A stretch of 64,000 nt of DNA, taken from an uncultured Alphaproteobacteria bacterium (GTDB lineage Bacteria > Pseudomonadota > Alphaproteobacteria > HIMB59). Below, piece by piece: positions 44,017-54,167 of this stretch (the first letter of the stretch is position 1; each line of letters opens with the position of its first letter). The DNA is taken from assembly GCA_902557145.1 (NCBI GenBank), contig CACDYZ010000008.1, forward strand, positions 1,580-65,579, given 5' to 3'. The translations under genes were made by a program, and so were the position numbers. Under the pieces are notes generated by a model. The model had not been told where the DNA came from, searched no databases, and saw only the letters and a program-made list of their open reading frames with translations.

Positions 44017-44996
44017 ACTTTTTGGTCTTGTTTATGCCTGTATAGGTTCCAGGCTAGAATAGGAGTCACTCCAATTAAAATACAAAAGGCAAGTACACTT
44101 CCTCTTCCAGAGTCGCCTCCACCTCTAAACATCCAATCGTACATGAGATTTGCTAATACCTCAGTTTGCCATTGACCGTTTGTCATGGCGTAGATGATGT
44201 CGAAAACTTTTAATACTAAGATTGTGATAATGGTCCAAATTACCAAGATAGTTTGTTCTAAAAAAGGAACAATGATTGACCAAAATATTTTAAGTTCACT
44301 TGCCCCATCAATTCGTGCGGCATCTAACGTTTCATTGGGAATACTTCTAAGAGCAGCACTAAAAATTACAAGAGCAAGACCCGTTTGTATCCATATCATA
44401 ATTGCCATTAAAAAGAGATTATTCCAAATGGGTATTGTTAACCAAGCTTGCGGCTCGAAACCCAGTGCAACTGCAATGGCATTTAAAAGTCCAATTTGTT
44501 GATCGCCGGGACCTCTGTAATCATACATAAATTTCCAAATTACACCTGCCCCAACAAATGAAATTGCCATCGGCATAAATATAATTGATTTAGCAATAGA
44601 TCCCCACCAGACCCTGTCTGCTAAATTTGCAATCACTAAACCAAAAAATGTACTCATAGTCGGTACTACTATTAACCATCCTAAGTTATTAATGATACTT
44701 CGTTTGAAATCAGGATCTTTGATTGCCCAAGAGTAGTTGTATAACCCTACAAAGTTCTCACCTATCTTATCGTAAAAGCTCAGTCTGATAGTTTCAAAGA
44801 CGGGATATAATATAAAGACAAATAGCACTATAAATGCGGGTGCGATGAAAATTATAACCCTAATTGAATTTTCTAAGGCAAACTTTTTTGAAGCTCTTAC
44901 CCTAAAATAATCCAATAAAAAGTTTGAAAAGTGAAAAAATGCTACAAAAAAAAGAACACCAATAAGAACAGTTATTGCAAGGGAAAATATACTCAT
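44013..44996 (-). CDS. aglF: Alpha-glucoside ABC permease
   Basis: FMPMAISFVGAGVIWKF.Y, QIGLLNA, WIQTG, DAARIDGA, LKVFDI. Confidence 0.85.
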   Translation of the reverse strand: MSIFSLAITVLIGVLFFVAFFHFSNFLLDYFRVRASKKFALENSIRVIIFIAPAFIVLFVFILYPVFETIRLSFYDKIGENFVGLYNYSWAIKDPDFKRSIINNLGWLIVVPTMSTFFGLVIANLADRVWWGSIAKSIIFMPMAISFVGAGVIWKFMYDYRGPGDQQIGLLNAIAVALGFEPQAWLTIPIWNNLFLMAIMIWIQTGLALVIFSAALRSIPNETLDAARIDGASELKIFWSIIVPFLEQTILVIWTIITILVLKVFDIIYAMTNGQWQTEVLANLMYDWMFRGGGDSGRGSVLAFCILIGVTPILAWNLYRHKQDQKV

Positions 44997-45012
44997 AGGA
45001 TATGTAGAGAAA

Positions 45013-45041
45013 CTAAGGGCAAATATACTATTCGCCCTTAG
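45013..45041 (-). terminator. Stem-loop between aglE and aglF
   Basis: Minus strand CTAAGGGCGAATA-GTA-TATTTGCCCTTAG (13 bp with one G-U), followed by TTTCTCT. Confidence 0.7.
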
Positions 45042-45060
45042 ATAAGAAAATTACTTTTTT

Positions 45061-46370
45061 TTATTGACCAGCTTCCCAGCTAGCTTGTATTTCGTCTGCG
45101 ACTTCCTTAGCTGACTTACCATTGGTGTAATCAACCATTCCTGTCCAGAAAGATCCTGCTCCAACCCAACCAGGCATTAAGTCTGATCCATCAAATCTAA
45201 AGGTTGTTGCATTCATTAAAATCTCATGCAGACCTTTAAAGGTTTCACTGGAGTATTTGTCAATATCCACATACTTATGAGGTGTTAAAAAACCACCTTT
45301 TTCCATGAATCTTTCATTAGCTTCAGTGTGAAGCAAGAATTTCATGAACTCGGTAGTTATCTTTCTGTCATTGGTAGGAGCCATAAGAGTTCCAGCACCT
45401 AAAACAGGTTTTCCTAAGTCTTGAGACTCAAAAGGTGGGAAGTAGAAGAAGTCATAGTCAACACCAGCTTCTGATCCTTCAGGAAAGAAGGCAGGAATAA
45501 AGCTAGCTTGTCTATGCATCATACACTCCGCAGGAGAAGTAAAGAGCCCATTTGGAGAGTCTCTAAAGTCAGTTGTAGCAACAGCTTTAGTTCCACCATT
45601 AACATAAGAGTCATTTAATGCAATTGAACCAAAGAATTCCATTGCATCGATCACTCTTTGATCATTGAACTTCATATCATTAGACACCCACTGATCGTAA
45701 GTTATTGGTGAATGAGTTCTTAACATAATGTCTTCCATCCAGTCAGTAGCTGGCCACCCAGTTGCTCCACCAGAACCTAATCCAATACAGAAAGGTGTGT
45801 TTCCATCACTAACCATTTGATCTGCTAATGCTAATAATCCTTCCATACTTGTTGGGATTTCATAACCGTTATCTTCAAAGTTATCTGGTGAGTACCACAC
45901 TAAACTTTTTACATTCACTCTGTAAAAAACACCAAAAAACTTTTCAAAACCAGTTTGATCTTTATATGTTGTAAGGTCTACCCAAGATTGACCTGCAGCA
46001 TAGTTATCAAGTACCATTTGTTTAACATCATCACCTAATGGGGATAAACAACCAGTCGCTGCAATATTCGCTGCTAATCCTGGTTGAGGGAATACAGCGA
46101 TATCCGCTGGGCTTCCTGCTTGACAGTCAATATTAATAATTGATTCAAACTCATCAGAACCCCCGTACTCGACGGACGCACCAGTTGCTGCTTCAAAAAT
46201 TGATATGACATCCCTGAAATCATCATCTTGTGGTGCTAACCAAGGACCAAAGATTGTTAATTTTTCTCCCGACAGGTCAGGGCCTGAATATGCGTGAGAA
46301 CCAGCATTTGCATAACTTGCCCCAAATAAGGAAAGCGCAATTATTGCTGTAAGCGTTTTTAATATTTTCA
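45061..46370 (-). CDS. aglE: Alpha-glucoside ABC substrate-binding protein (start at ATG 46370 rather than 46437)
   Basis: SD AGGAGGAGG before MKILK plus a signal peptide; PQPG, KSLVWY, GSGGATGWPATDW.ED, HRQASF, FRFDGSDLMP. Confidence 0.9.
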
Positions 46371-46565
46371 TAGAAATCCTCCTCCTAGAAAATTTGATTA
46401 TAAAATGTAACAAACTGAATATGATTTCAAATAGCAAAAAGCCATTTTACTATGCATATATGGAATATGTAAAATGCTTGTTAAATCAATGTTTTTTAAT
46501 TAAAAAAGGGCAAAAATCTAATACTATTTAATTTACCTATAAAATAATTGTATACCTAATTAATC

Positions 46566-47009
46566 ATGAATCACGCGATATCCACATTTCATTGGCACTG
46601 TAAACATACCTGGAAAAAAAGTGCAAAAAATACATCTTGGTGCTTGATCGGGTGCTCTATAGGTGATTTTGGAACTATTTTATATTTTCAAATCACCCAA
46701 ATCCCTTGGCCAGTGATGAGTATTATGATACTTGCGATAATTAATGGATTAATTACAAGCATAGTTCTTGAGACGATTGTTTTAATTCGACAGAACTTCA
46801 AATTTAATCAAGCATTAAAAACAGCTTTAGGCATGAGTTTCATTTCAATGATATCTATGGAAATTGCTATGAATGTCACTGACGTTATTTTAACTGGAGG
46901 GGCAATGCTTACATGGTGGGTAGTTCCAATTATGCTTTTTGTAGGATTTATTACCCCTTGGCCTTATAATTACTGGAGATTAAAAAAGTATAATATTGCG
47001 TGTCATTGA
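46566..47009 (+). CDS. DUF4396-family membrane protein
   Basis: WCLIGCSIGD, S.ISME..MN, GF.TPWPYNYW; C-terminal CH. Confidence 0.75.
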   Translation: MNHAISTFHWHCKHTWKKSAKNTSWCLIGCSIGDFGTILYFQITQIPWPVMSIMILAIINGLITSIVLETIVLIRQNFKFNQALKTALGMSFISMISMEIAMNVTDVILTGGAMLTWWVVPIMLFVGFITPWPYNYWRLKKYNIACH

Positions 47010-47464
47010 AAATTTTCATCTTATGCTCACTATCTTCCTTATTTCTATTTTCAAATAATCTTTTTGCCTCACATGTCACCGTCATTGATGGAGATACAAT
47101 TAGATTAGGTGATGTGAAAATACGCTTTAGTGGAATAGACGCCCCTGAAATAAACCAAACATGTGTTGCAAGTGAGGGAAAGGTAGCATGTGGAAAAATA
47201 TCAAGAGATCTTTTAATTGAAAAAGTTACAAATAATAAAATTAGTTGCACAGATGAAGGAAAAGATTTTTATGGAAGAGTGTTAGGTGAGTGCTTTGTCA
47301 ATGGAGAGTCTTTGAGTAGTTACTTAGTCAGAGAGGGTTTTGCATTTGCGTATAGAAAATATTCAAACAAATATATAGAGGATGAAGAGTACGCCAAATT
47401 CAATAAGCTTGGGATGTGGTCCATGGAATTTGAGTATCCCTGGGACTATCGAAGCAATAATTAA
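47000..47464 (+). CDS. Thermonuclease (SNase-like) family exported nuclease
   Basis: VIDGDT, IRFSGIDAPE, D.YGR, LVREG.A, GMW. Confidence 0.9.
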   Translation: MSLKIFILCSLSSLFLFSNNLFASHVTVIDGDTIRLGDVKIRFSGIDAPEINQTCVASEGKVACGKISRDLLIEKVTNNKISCTDEGKDFYGRVLGECFVNGESLSSYLVREGFAFAYRKYSNKYIEDEEYAKFNKLGMWSMEFEYPWDYRSNN

Positions 47465-48687
47465 TGAGTAATGTTAAAAAAATCGCTGTAATTGGGGCAG
47501 GAATTGTTGGACTGAGTACGTCTTATTATTTACAGTCCTCAGGCCATAACGTTACAATTTTTGATCAAAACGATCCAGGCTCAGGAACCTCGAGAGGGCA
47601 TGCGAACGTCATTGCAGATTATGGAGTTCCGGCACTGAACCAACCAGATATTTGGAGAAATTTATTGCGCTATATTTTTTATAGTGACTCACCTCTACAA
47701 ATAAGTTGGTCTTATTTGCCAAAAATGCTTCCTTGGATTGTTAAATTTCTTAAAAACTGTAATTCAAAATCAATGAACTATACAGCAGAGCATATGACAA
47801 GCCTTTTAAAAGAGGCCTTGCCATCGTATGAAACCTTATTGACTGAGATTGGTGCCACAGACTTACTCACTCATAAAGGAGTGTTATATGTTTGGATGAA
47901 TGAGAAAGAAAAGCCAACTCCTGATCAAATAGATGTTAGAAAAAAAAATAATGTTGAACAAGTAAGTCTCTCTCCAGCCGAGATCTTGGATCTCGAGCCC
48001 AATTTAAGCAAAAGTATTAAAGGGGGCTGGTATTTCCCTCGCGCCCACCACACTTTAAATCCAGATAAAATATTAAATAAGTTATTTTTAAAGTTTCTTG
48101 AAAAAGGTGGGCAATTTTTAAAGGAGAGGGTTTTCTCGATAAATCCCAGTCACGGGAAATTTAAGATCAACAATCAAGATTTCGATTGCTTGGTTATTTG
48201 CAGTGGTGCCTTTTCAAATGATTTAGTCAATCAACTAGAAAATAAAAGGATACCTCTTGAAACAGAAAGGGGGTACCATTTAGAATTTCTCGGAATGCAA
48301 GATTATTTAACTCGTCCAACTTGTTTGATAGAATCCGGCATGTACTTGACTCCCCTTGAATATGGAATTAGAGCTGCGGGAACAGTAGAGCTAGCGGGCA
48401 CGATGAAAAAGATCAATGAATCCAGGCTAAAATATATTAATTATTACGCCAAACAACTCATTCCAAAACTTCAAGATTATCAAAATTCATGGTTGGGCTA
48501 TAGGCCGACCCTTCCAGACTGTTTGCCAATTATTAGCAAGTCCCCAAAACTAAAAAATCTTTACTACGGCTTTGGACACAATCACCTAGGTTGGACTTTA
48601 GGCCCTATTACTGGAAAAGTAATCTCTGGACTAGTAAACGGTGAGACATCAAACAATCCAGCTTTTTCAATTGACAAGTTTTTATAG
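47464..48687 (+). CDS. FAD-dependent D-amino acid dehydrogenase (DadA-like)
   Basis: VIGAGIVG, ERGYH, RAAGTVE, WLGYRPTLPD.LP, FGH.HLG.TLGP. Confidence 0.88.
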   Translation: MSNVKKIAVIGAGIVGLSTSYYLQSSGHNVTIFDQNDPGSGTSRGHANVIADYGVPALNQPDIWRNLLRYIFYSDSPLQISWSYLPKMLPWIVKFLKNCNSKSMNYTAEHMTSLLKEALPSYETLLTEIGATDLLTHKGVLYVWMNEKEKPTPDQIDVRKKNNVEQVSLSPAEILDLEPNLSKSIKGGWYFPRAHHTLNPDKILNKLFLKFLEKGGQFLKERVFSINPSHGKFKINNQDFDCLVICSGAFSNDLVNQLENKRIPLETERGYHLEFLGMQDYLTRPTCLIESGMYLTPLEYGIRAAGTVELAGTMKKINESRLKYINYYAKQLIPKLQDYQNSWLGYRPTLPDCLPIISKSPKLKNLYYGFGHNHLGWTLGPITGKVISGLVNGETSNNPAFSIDKFL

Positions 48688-49256
48688 TGTATTTAAAGCT
48701 CTTCATTTTCATATTTACTATTTTAATTTCCTCAAAATTATTTTCTAATTCCTTGGATCAAGATTACTGTGTTGGCTACCTAGAAGAAGTTTACTGGTCT
48801 TTGGACCCGATTGAAGAGATTGAGACACGAGATCAAATTATACTCTTCTTCAATGAAAATTTTGAAGGAGCTAAAGGTTTAAATTATGACTTGTATTATG
48901 ACTCGCAATCAAAACAGTTCTTAACTGACTTAAGTGGTGTTGATATCAGCCAATACAAAAAAGTTAATTACCCTAATTTTGAAATCCTAGTGTTGGATGC
49001 ATACATCAATCTATTTAATGGAGACGGAACTAACTACTGTCCTGCTTTTTGGAATGATTGCTCCGAGGAGTCTTTAAGCTCTTTTTTTCAAGCATCTGAA
49101 GATTTTAGTCAATCTTGGAATGGCGAAGAAAATGTAATGGAATTCCTCGAAGATCACTTCGTTAATCATTATTGTACCATGTATCTCGATAATTCTATTG
49201 ATCAGAAAACCTTTACCAGCGACCTTAATATTTTAATCAATCAATTAACTAAATAA
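48687..49256 (+). CDS. Hypothetical acidic exported protein
   Basis: Signal-like N-terminus, four Cys; coupled to the upstream gene by a TAGTG overlap. Confidence 0.6.
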   Translation: MYLKLFIFIFTILISSKLFSNSLDQDYCVGYLEEVYWSLDPIEEIETRDQIILFFNENFEGAKGLNYDLYYDSQSKQFLTDLSGVDISQYKKVNYPNFEILVLDAYINLFNGDGTNYCPAFWNDCSEESLSSFFQASEDFSQSWNGEENVMEFLEDHFVNHYCTMYLDNSIDQKTFTSDLNILINQLTK

Positions 49257-49313
49257 ATTACTAACAACTTTTTTTGACTATTTGCACATGATCCATCAAA
49301 CAACCTTTATTTT

Positions 49314-49547
49314 ATGATACCTATAGATATGGGCTGGTGGAATGGTAAAGAGGAATTAAGCAAGAACACCGATATTACATATAATAAGTGTTCAGAGTGT
49401 GGAGACTATAAGGAGGTTTCCAAGAAATATATCAATAAAATCAGCGATGAATTGATAACAATTTGCTACGACTGTGGTAAAAAAAGATACATTGAGGGCT
49501 TAATGGTTGTTTCATCAATAGATGGAATGGGCGATTTTGAAGCTTAA
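49314..49547 (+). CDS. Small hypothetical protein with CxxC...CxxC (zinc-ribbon-like)
   Basis: CSEC...CYDC; occupies an otherwise empty gap. Confidence 0.55.
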   Translation: MIPIDMGWWNGKEELSKNTDITYNKCSECGDYKEVSKKYINKISDELITICYDCGKKRYIEGLMVVSSIDGMGDFEA

Positions 49548-49607
49548 TTTACCCTTAAAAGATCTTAACTATATAGACGTTTTTGCTATTATCCCTGTCT
49601 TATTATA

Positions 49608-51947
49608 ATGAGTAAATTTAATAAAATTGTAGTTATTGGATCTGGGACGATGGGCTCAGGTATAGCTGCCCATCTTGCTAACTCTAATCGACAAGTAGTT
49701 CTGCTGGATCTCAAAGGTAAAGACAAGCCTAACCAAATTTCTGAAAATGCCATTGATATTATAAAAAAATCAGACCCTCCACTTTTAGTAGAACGGTCTC
49801 GTCTGGAACATATTAAACCTGGTAACCTTGAAGATGATTTTGATGAAATTAAAGATGCAGACTGGGTAATTGAGGCAGTTGTTGAGCGGATAGACATTAA
49901 GCATAAGCTTTACTCTCAAATTGATAAAGTTCGTAGCCCTAACTCTATCATTTCATCTAACACCTCTACCATTCCTCTTTCAATTTTGACTCAAGAAATG
50001 TCAGATACTATGAAAGCTGATTTTTGTATTACGCACTTTTTCAATCCTGTTCGATTTATGAGATTATTAGAGATTGTTGAAACACCAACAATGAACAAAG
50101 ATAAGATGAGCGGCCTTCGTGACTTTTGTCAAAATGAACTTGGTAAAGGAATTGTTAACTGTAACGACACCCCGGGCTTTATCGGTAATCGTATTGGTGT
50201 GTACGCGATGCAGGTCGCGATGTATGAAGCGTTAGAGCGAGGTCTTCCAGTAGAAATCGCTGATGCATTATTTGGTCGACCTTTAGGAATTCCTAAAACA
50301 GGTGTGTTTGGATTGTACGACCTTATTGGAATTGATCTGATGAAAGATGTGCTCGCAAGCTTTAAAAAAGAATTACAAGAAAATGATCCCTTCATGGATG
50401 TGGTCGCACCTCATCCTTTAGTCGAGAAATTGCTTGAAAAAGGATTTAATGGAAATAAGGGTCCTGGTGGTTTTTATCAAACTACAGTCGTTGATGATGA
50501 TGAAATCGTCAAGGCGATGAACACCTCAGATATGAGTTATTATGATTTCGATAAAGTCGATTTAGAAATTGCTCGAAGAGTTGAGAAAGAGGGGATCAAA
50601 GCCCTTCTTGATGACGATAGTGAATATGGTCGATATGCTTTTGCAGTACTCGCCAAAATCATTAATTACAGCGCTTTTTGCATCCCTGAAGTTTCATCAA
50701 ATGTGACAGACATCGATGATGCACTTCGCATGGGATTTAATTGGAATGAAGGGCCATTTGAATTATTGAATGAGTACGGGCTCACCAAATTTGTTCAACG
50801 ACTTCAGGATGAAAAACAAGAAGTCCCCGAATTATTGAAAACCATGATTGGACTAAAACAAGAGCCTTACGATACCACCTCCTCACGAGCTTATGATCAT
50901 GAGGCGGGCATGAAGTTTATCTCTCGAGGAGAGGATGTACGTCGACTAGGTGATCACAAAAAATACGCTAATCATTTATCTAGAAATTTCGCAGCTACGA
51001 TATGGCAGTTTACCGACGAGCAGCGTGAACAAAAAATATTGTGTTGTGAATTTCACACCAAGGCAAACGCTCTGAATGCAGATGCGATGAAAATATTAGA
51101 GGAGTCAGTTGATCGCCTTGAGCAAGATAATTATCAAGGTCTTGTCGTCTATAATGAGGCAATGAATTTCTCCGCTGGTGCTGATTTAAATACCATGATT
51201 GGTCTAGCGGATGTGAAAGACTGGAAAGGGATTGATAAATACCTATCGGATTTCCAATCTACATGCAAAAAAATGAAATACGCAACCAAGCCTACAGTCA
51301 GTGCTGTAGCAGGACTTGCTATCGGTGGTGGTTTTGAAGTAGCATGCCAAACTTCTAAAATGGTCGCCCACATGAATAGTACATTGGGCCTAGTCGAGAC
51401 AGGTGTGGGTCTGGTTCCTGGGGGTGGAGGTTGTAAAGAACTATTATGGAGATGGGTGCAAGACGATAAATATACAAGCGATCACGATCAAGCAGCCCTT
51501 CAAGTATTCGATATTATAGGGTATGGGCTGATGGCACACTCTCCACTCCAAGCCAAAAAACACAAATTTTTCTTAGACAGTGATATTTTTGTTTTGAACC
51601 GAGATAATCTTTTAGTCGAAGCGTTTAAACAAGTATCTGCTTTAAAAGAAGGTTACTCAGCTCCAGAAAAGCCAAAGTTTCTTCTTAGCGGCCCTGAGGT
51701 AAAAGAGAAAATGCACCAAGTTTTGTTAGGTTTGGAGCAAAAAAACATTATTTTTGGCTACGATGTGGATATCGGTCTGCATTTAGCGGACGTCCTTAGT
51801 GGTGGAGATACGACCAAATCAAATGAATTGAGCGAAGCGGACTTATATAATTTAGAGCGACAGTCTTTGATAAATTTAATACAATCCAATAAGACGAGGG
51901 ATAGGATCCATGCAATGTTGTCTACAGGGAGAAGACTAAAAAACTAA
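49608..51947 (+). CDS. 3-hydroxyacyl-CoA dehydrogenase / enoyl-CoA hydratase fusion (FadN-type domain order)
   Basis: GSGTMGSG, EAVVE, SSNTS, HFFNP, PGFIGNRIG; C-terminal crotonase motifs FSAGADL, GGGFE, GLVE.GVGL.P.GGG. Confidence 0.92.
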   Translation: MSKFNKIVVIGSGTMGSGIAAHLANSNRQVVLLDLKGKDKPNQISENAIDIIKKSDPPLLVERSRLEHIKPGNLEDDFDEIKDADWVIEAVVERIDIKHKLYSQIDKVRSPNSIISSNTSTIPLSILTQEMSDTMKADFCITHFFNPVRFMRLLEIVETPTMNKDKMSGLRDFCQNELGKGIVNCNDTPGFIGNRIGVYAMQVAMYEALERGLPVEIADALFGRPLGIPKTGVFGLYDLIGIDLMKDVLASFKKELQENDPFMDVVAPHPLVEKLLEKGFNGNKGPGGFYQTTVVDDDEIVKAMNTSDMSYYDFDKVDLEIARRVEKEGIKALLDDDSEYGRYAFAVLAKIINYSAFCIPEVSSNVTDIDDALRMGFNWNEGPFELLNEYGLTKFVQRLQDEKQEVPELLKTMIGLKQEPYDTTSSRAYDHEAGMKFISRGEDVRRLGDHKKYANHLSRNFAATIWQFTDEQREQKILCCEFHTKANALNADAMKILEESVDRLEQDNYQGLVVYNEAMNFSAGADLNTMIGLADVKDWKGIDKYLSDFQSTCKKMKYATKPTVSAVAGLAIGGGFEVACQTSKMVAHMNSTLGLVETGVGLVPGGGGCKELLWRWVQDDKYTSDHDQAALQVFDIIGYGLMAHSPLQAKKHKFFLDSDIFVLNRDNLLVEAFKQVSALKEGYSAPEKPKFLLSGPEVKEKMHQVLLGLEQKNIIFGYDVDIGLHLADVLSGGDTTKSNELSEADLYNLERQSLINLIQSNKTRDRIHAMLSTGRRLKN

Positions 51948-53572
51948 TGAGTAATTTTGAACAAGGAATGCATAAAAATGATGCAAACTTTGTTCCTTTA
52001 ACTCCCATCAGTTTCCTTGACCGTATCAAAGACGTCTATCCCGACTATGAAGCTTTAGTATACAAAGAGAGAAAATATTCTTGGAGACAGGTTTATGACC
52101 GATGTACTCGATTTGCGAGCGCTTTAACAAAAGTAGGAATTGGTAAGGGTGATGTTGTCTCTATTATGGCAGCCAATACGCCTGAAATGTTCGAAGCACA
52201 CTATTCTGTGCCGATGACTGGGGGTGTTGTGAACACAATCAATACTCGTCTCGACACAAGAACTGTAGCTTACATCCTAGATCATAGTGACTGTAAAGTT
52301 TTTATTGTGGACCGACAGTTTCACAATGTTGTTGTGGATGCTCTAGCACAAGTTGACCGGGAGATCATGGTCATTGACATTGACGACAAACAAGCGGGAC
52401 TTGGAGATATCCCCGCAATAGGTAAATTAGAATATGAGAGTTTCTTAGAAACAGGTGATGAAGGATTTGAATGGATTAGACCAGATGATGAGTGGCAAGC
52501 AATTTCACTGAGCTATACTTCGGGTACGACAGGAAATCCTAAAGGTGTCGTTTATCATCATCGAGGATCTTATTTAATGTCGATGGGAAGTATCAGCGCC
52601 TGGAACATGCCTAACCGCCTGACGTATTTATACACTGTCCCTATGTTTCACTGTAATGGCTGGGGATATCCGTGGACTTTGGCTATGCTGCACGCCCGTG
52701 TGATTTTTATTAGAAATATTGTCGTTAAGGAAATCTTTGAATTAATCGACGAATATGATGTAACGCATTTTGGAGGTGCTCCGATTGTTCTAAACATGAT
52801 CGCCAACGCTCCAGCTGAAGATCAAAAAGCATTGAAAAATAAGGTTTATGTGATGACTGCGGGAGCTCCACCTCCTAGCTCAATTCTTCAAAAAATGGAG
52901 TCTTTGGGCTTTGAGGTTATGCATGTTTACGGGCTCACAGAAACTTATGGCCACGTCGTTCACTGTGCTTGGAATAAGGATTGGAATAGTTTAGCTGAAG
53001 ATAAACGCTCTGAGTTAAAAGCTTATCAAGGAGTTCGCTATCCCCACACTGAAATGGTATCGGTTATGAACCCCGATACACTCGAACCCGTTCCCTCTGA
53101 CGGAGAAACCATGGGTGAGATTATGATCCGAGGAAACACTGTGATGATGGGATATTATAAAAATGAAGAGGCCTCCAAGGAGTCTATGAAAAGTGGATGG
53201 TTTCACTCCGGGGACTTGGCAGTAATGCACCCTAGTGGATATATCCAAGTTAAAGATCGATCAAAGGATATCATCATTAGTGGGGGTGAAAATATCTCCT
53301 CGGTAGAAATCGAAAATATTATTACAAGGCATCCTGCCGTATCACTAGCAGCGGTTGTCGCAAGACCTGATGAAAAGTGGGGGGAGACTCCCTGTGCCTT
53401 TATAGAATTGGCTGACGGCCAAACAGTTGAGGAAGATGAGCTCAAGAAATTTTGCCGAGAGCATCTAGCAGGATTTAAAATGCCCAAAACTTTTGTATTC
53501 CAAGTCTTGCCCAAAACGTCAACTGGTAAAATTCAAAAGTACGAACTTAGAGAAACAGTTAAAAAACTTTAA
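51947..53572 (+). CDS. Acyl-CoA synthetase (AMP-forming), DmdB-like subfamily
   Basis: N.VPLTP.SFL, YTSGTTGNPKG, MFHCNGW, YGLTETYG, WFHSGD, PKTSTGKIQK. Confidence 0.88.
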   Translation: MSNFEQGMHKNDANFVPLTPISFLDRIKDVYPDYEALVYKERKYSWRQVYDRCTRFASALTKVGIGKGDVVSIMAANTPEMFEAHYSVPMTGGVVNTINTRLDTRTVAYILDHSDCKVFIVDRQFHNVVVDALAQVDREIMVIDIDDKQAGLGDIPAIGKLEYESFLETGDEGFEWIRPDDEWQAISLSYTSGTTGNPKGVVYHHRGSYLMSMGSISAWNMPNRLTYLYTVPMFHCNGWGYPWTLAMLHARVIFIRNIVVKEIFELIDEYDVTHFGGAPIVLNMIANAPAEDQKALKNKVYVMTAGAPPPSSILQKMESLGFEVMHVYGLTETYGHVVHCAWNKDWNSLAEDKRSELKAYQGVRYPHTEMVSVMNPDTLEPVPSDGETMGEIMIRGNTVMMGYYKNEEASKESMKSGWFHSGDLAVMHPSGYIQVKDRSKDIIISGGENISSVEIENIITRHPAVSLAAVVARPDEKWGETPCAFIELADGQTVEEDELKKFCREHLAGFKMPKTFVFQVLPKTSTGKIQKYELRETVKKL

Positions 53573-53769
53573 TTAACTTTTTTATTTTTATCTTCAGTGT
53601 TGATAACTTTGATAGCTTTTAGCTTTTTGTAACACATATAGCAGACAAGATTGTGATGACTTTTAATTAAGTTTTGTACCTTCTTTGGGGCTGTTCGAAT
53701 TTCAGACTCAATGTAGACGCTATCCATGACTGATAATTCTCCCTCGCAGTATTTACACTTCTCTGCCAT
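53569..53769 (-). CDS. Small CxxC...CxxC protein (likely ATG start at 53769)
   Basis: MAEKCKYC...LVCYMC; the ATG lies 2 nt after the upstream stop. Confidence 0.55.
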   Translation of the reverse strand: MAEKCKYCEGELSVMDSVYIESEIRTAPKKVQNLIKSHHNLVCYMCYKKLKAIKVINTEDKNKKVN

Positions 53770-53771
53770 CT

Positions 53772-54167
53772 CTAGTATTTTAAGTTTTTCTTGATTTTGT
53801 TCCAATACTGAAAAAATCTTTTTGCAGGATGAAGATAATTATCCTGTAACAAGAAGTAGTCGGGCAATTGCTCCACGTCATATGCACCACCAAGCTTTTG
53901 AAATAACTCTTGGTACACAGGCCTAAAAGTAGCTTTGGTTGTGATTTTTGATATGGGATTTTGACTATGAATTTCTTGCAATATTTCATATGTGTTTCCT
54001 TGATATATCTCAGCTTCAGCCTCTTTGGCCATAAAGTATCTATTTTCAATGATTTTTTCACTGAGCTCGTAGCCTTCGCTCAAGGCATTGTCAAAGATGT
54101 ATACAGGATTTCCCTCAATGCCTAGAGGCACTCTCATGAACTCATCATATAAAAAAACTAGGTTCAT
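53772..54167 (-). CDS. Hypothetical protein resembling a minimal photolyase N-terminal alpha/beta domain
   Basis: LVFLYDE, PVYIFD, IYQG, KRFFQYW; ATGA overlap with the photolyase FAD-domain gene. Confidence 0.6.
   Translation of the reverse strand: MNLVFLYDEFMRVPLGIEGNPVYIFDNALSEGYELSEKIIENRYFMAKEAEAEIYQGNTYEILQEIHSQNPISKITTKATFRPVYQELFQKLGGAYDVEQLPDYFLLQDNYLHPAKRFFQYWNKIKKNLKY

Noticed and set aside
46371-46437. N-terminal extension of aglE given in the ORF track
   Set aside because: A strong SD and a signal peptide identify ATG 46370 as the start.
47000-47464. Thermonuclease as an anti-phage defence or mobile-element gene
   Set aside because: It has a signal-like N-terminus and no defence or mobility neighbours; this is a common exported family.
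51947-53572. Assigning the symbol dmdB
   Set aside because: The subfamily has broad substrate range, and no dmdA or dmdC is adjacent.
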